Source: the human T2T-CHM13v2.0 reference genome, Homo sapiens. From it: 64,000 nucleotides of DNA. The stretch lies in the NCBI RefSeq assembly GCF_009914755.1, contig NC_060926.1. One strand, 5' to 3'. Below are positions 63,801 to 64,000 of the stretch, piece after piece (within the stretch, counting starts at the first letter, position 1; each line of letters starts with the position of its first letter). Under the pieces are notes generated by a model. The model ran no database searches, was not told the origin of the DNA, and saw only the letters and a list, made by a program, of their open reading frames with translations. The translations under genes were made by a program, and so were the position numbers.

Positions 63801-64000
63801 TCCATAGTGTTTTGTTTTCATTTTTGTTTGCCTCATAATATTTTTAAATTACCCTTTTGGCTTCTTCTTTGACCTATTGGATATTCAAGAATGTATTGTT
63901 TAACTTCCCTACATTATTTATGTATACCTTACAGAATTTATGAATTCTCTGAATTTCCTCCTGTTATGGATTTCGAGTTTCATACCACTGTGGTCAGAAA

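Overview
Primate (very probably human, 2q37.1) genomic DNA from the SP100-family cluster. The + strand carries the last 12 coding exons of SP140 (basic/NLS region, SAND, PHD finger, bromodomain; stop at 31794-31796). About 14 kb of intergenic DNA follows, then the IRF/ETS-type promoter and first two coding exons of SP140L (SP100-like N-terminus MAGGGSDLSTR). I called exons by hand from AG/GT boundaries and by joining phases into one open frame. Most other sequence is transposable-element debris: a full-length old L1PB carrying nested AluY and a 2.5-kb MER52-like LTR, a near-full-length L1PA3-type element with intact ORF1 but no 3' end, a twin-primed L1, several solo LTRs, an ERV-L pol remnant, Alus, MIR/L2 and MER44. 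Leading hypotheses: (1) an intronic LTR could drive a PHD-bromodomain-only SP140 isoform; (2) SP140L coding exon 2 looks like an exonized antisense ancient L1; (3) almost the whole SP140 3' UTR and its poly(A) signal come from an LTR. Gene and repeat subfamily names are from recall of known sequences, not from database searches.
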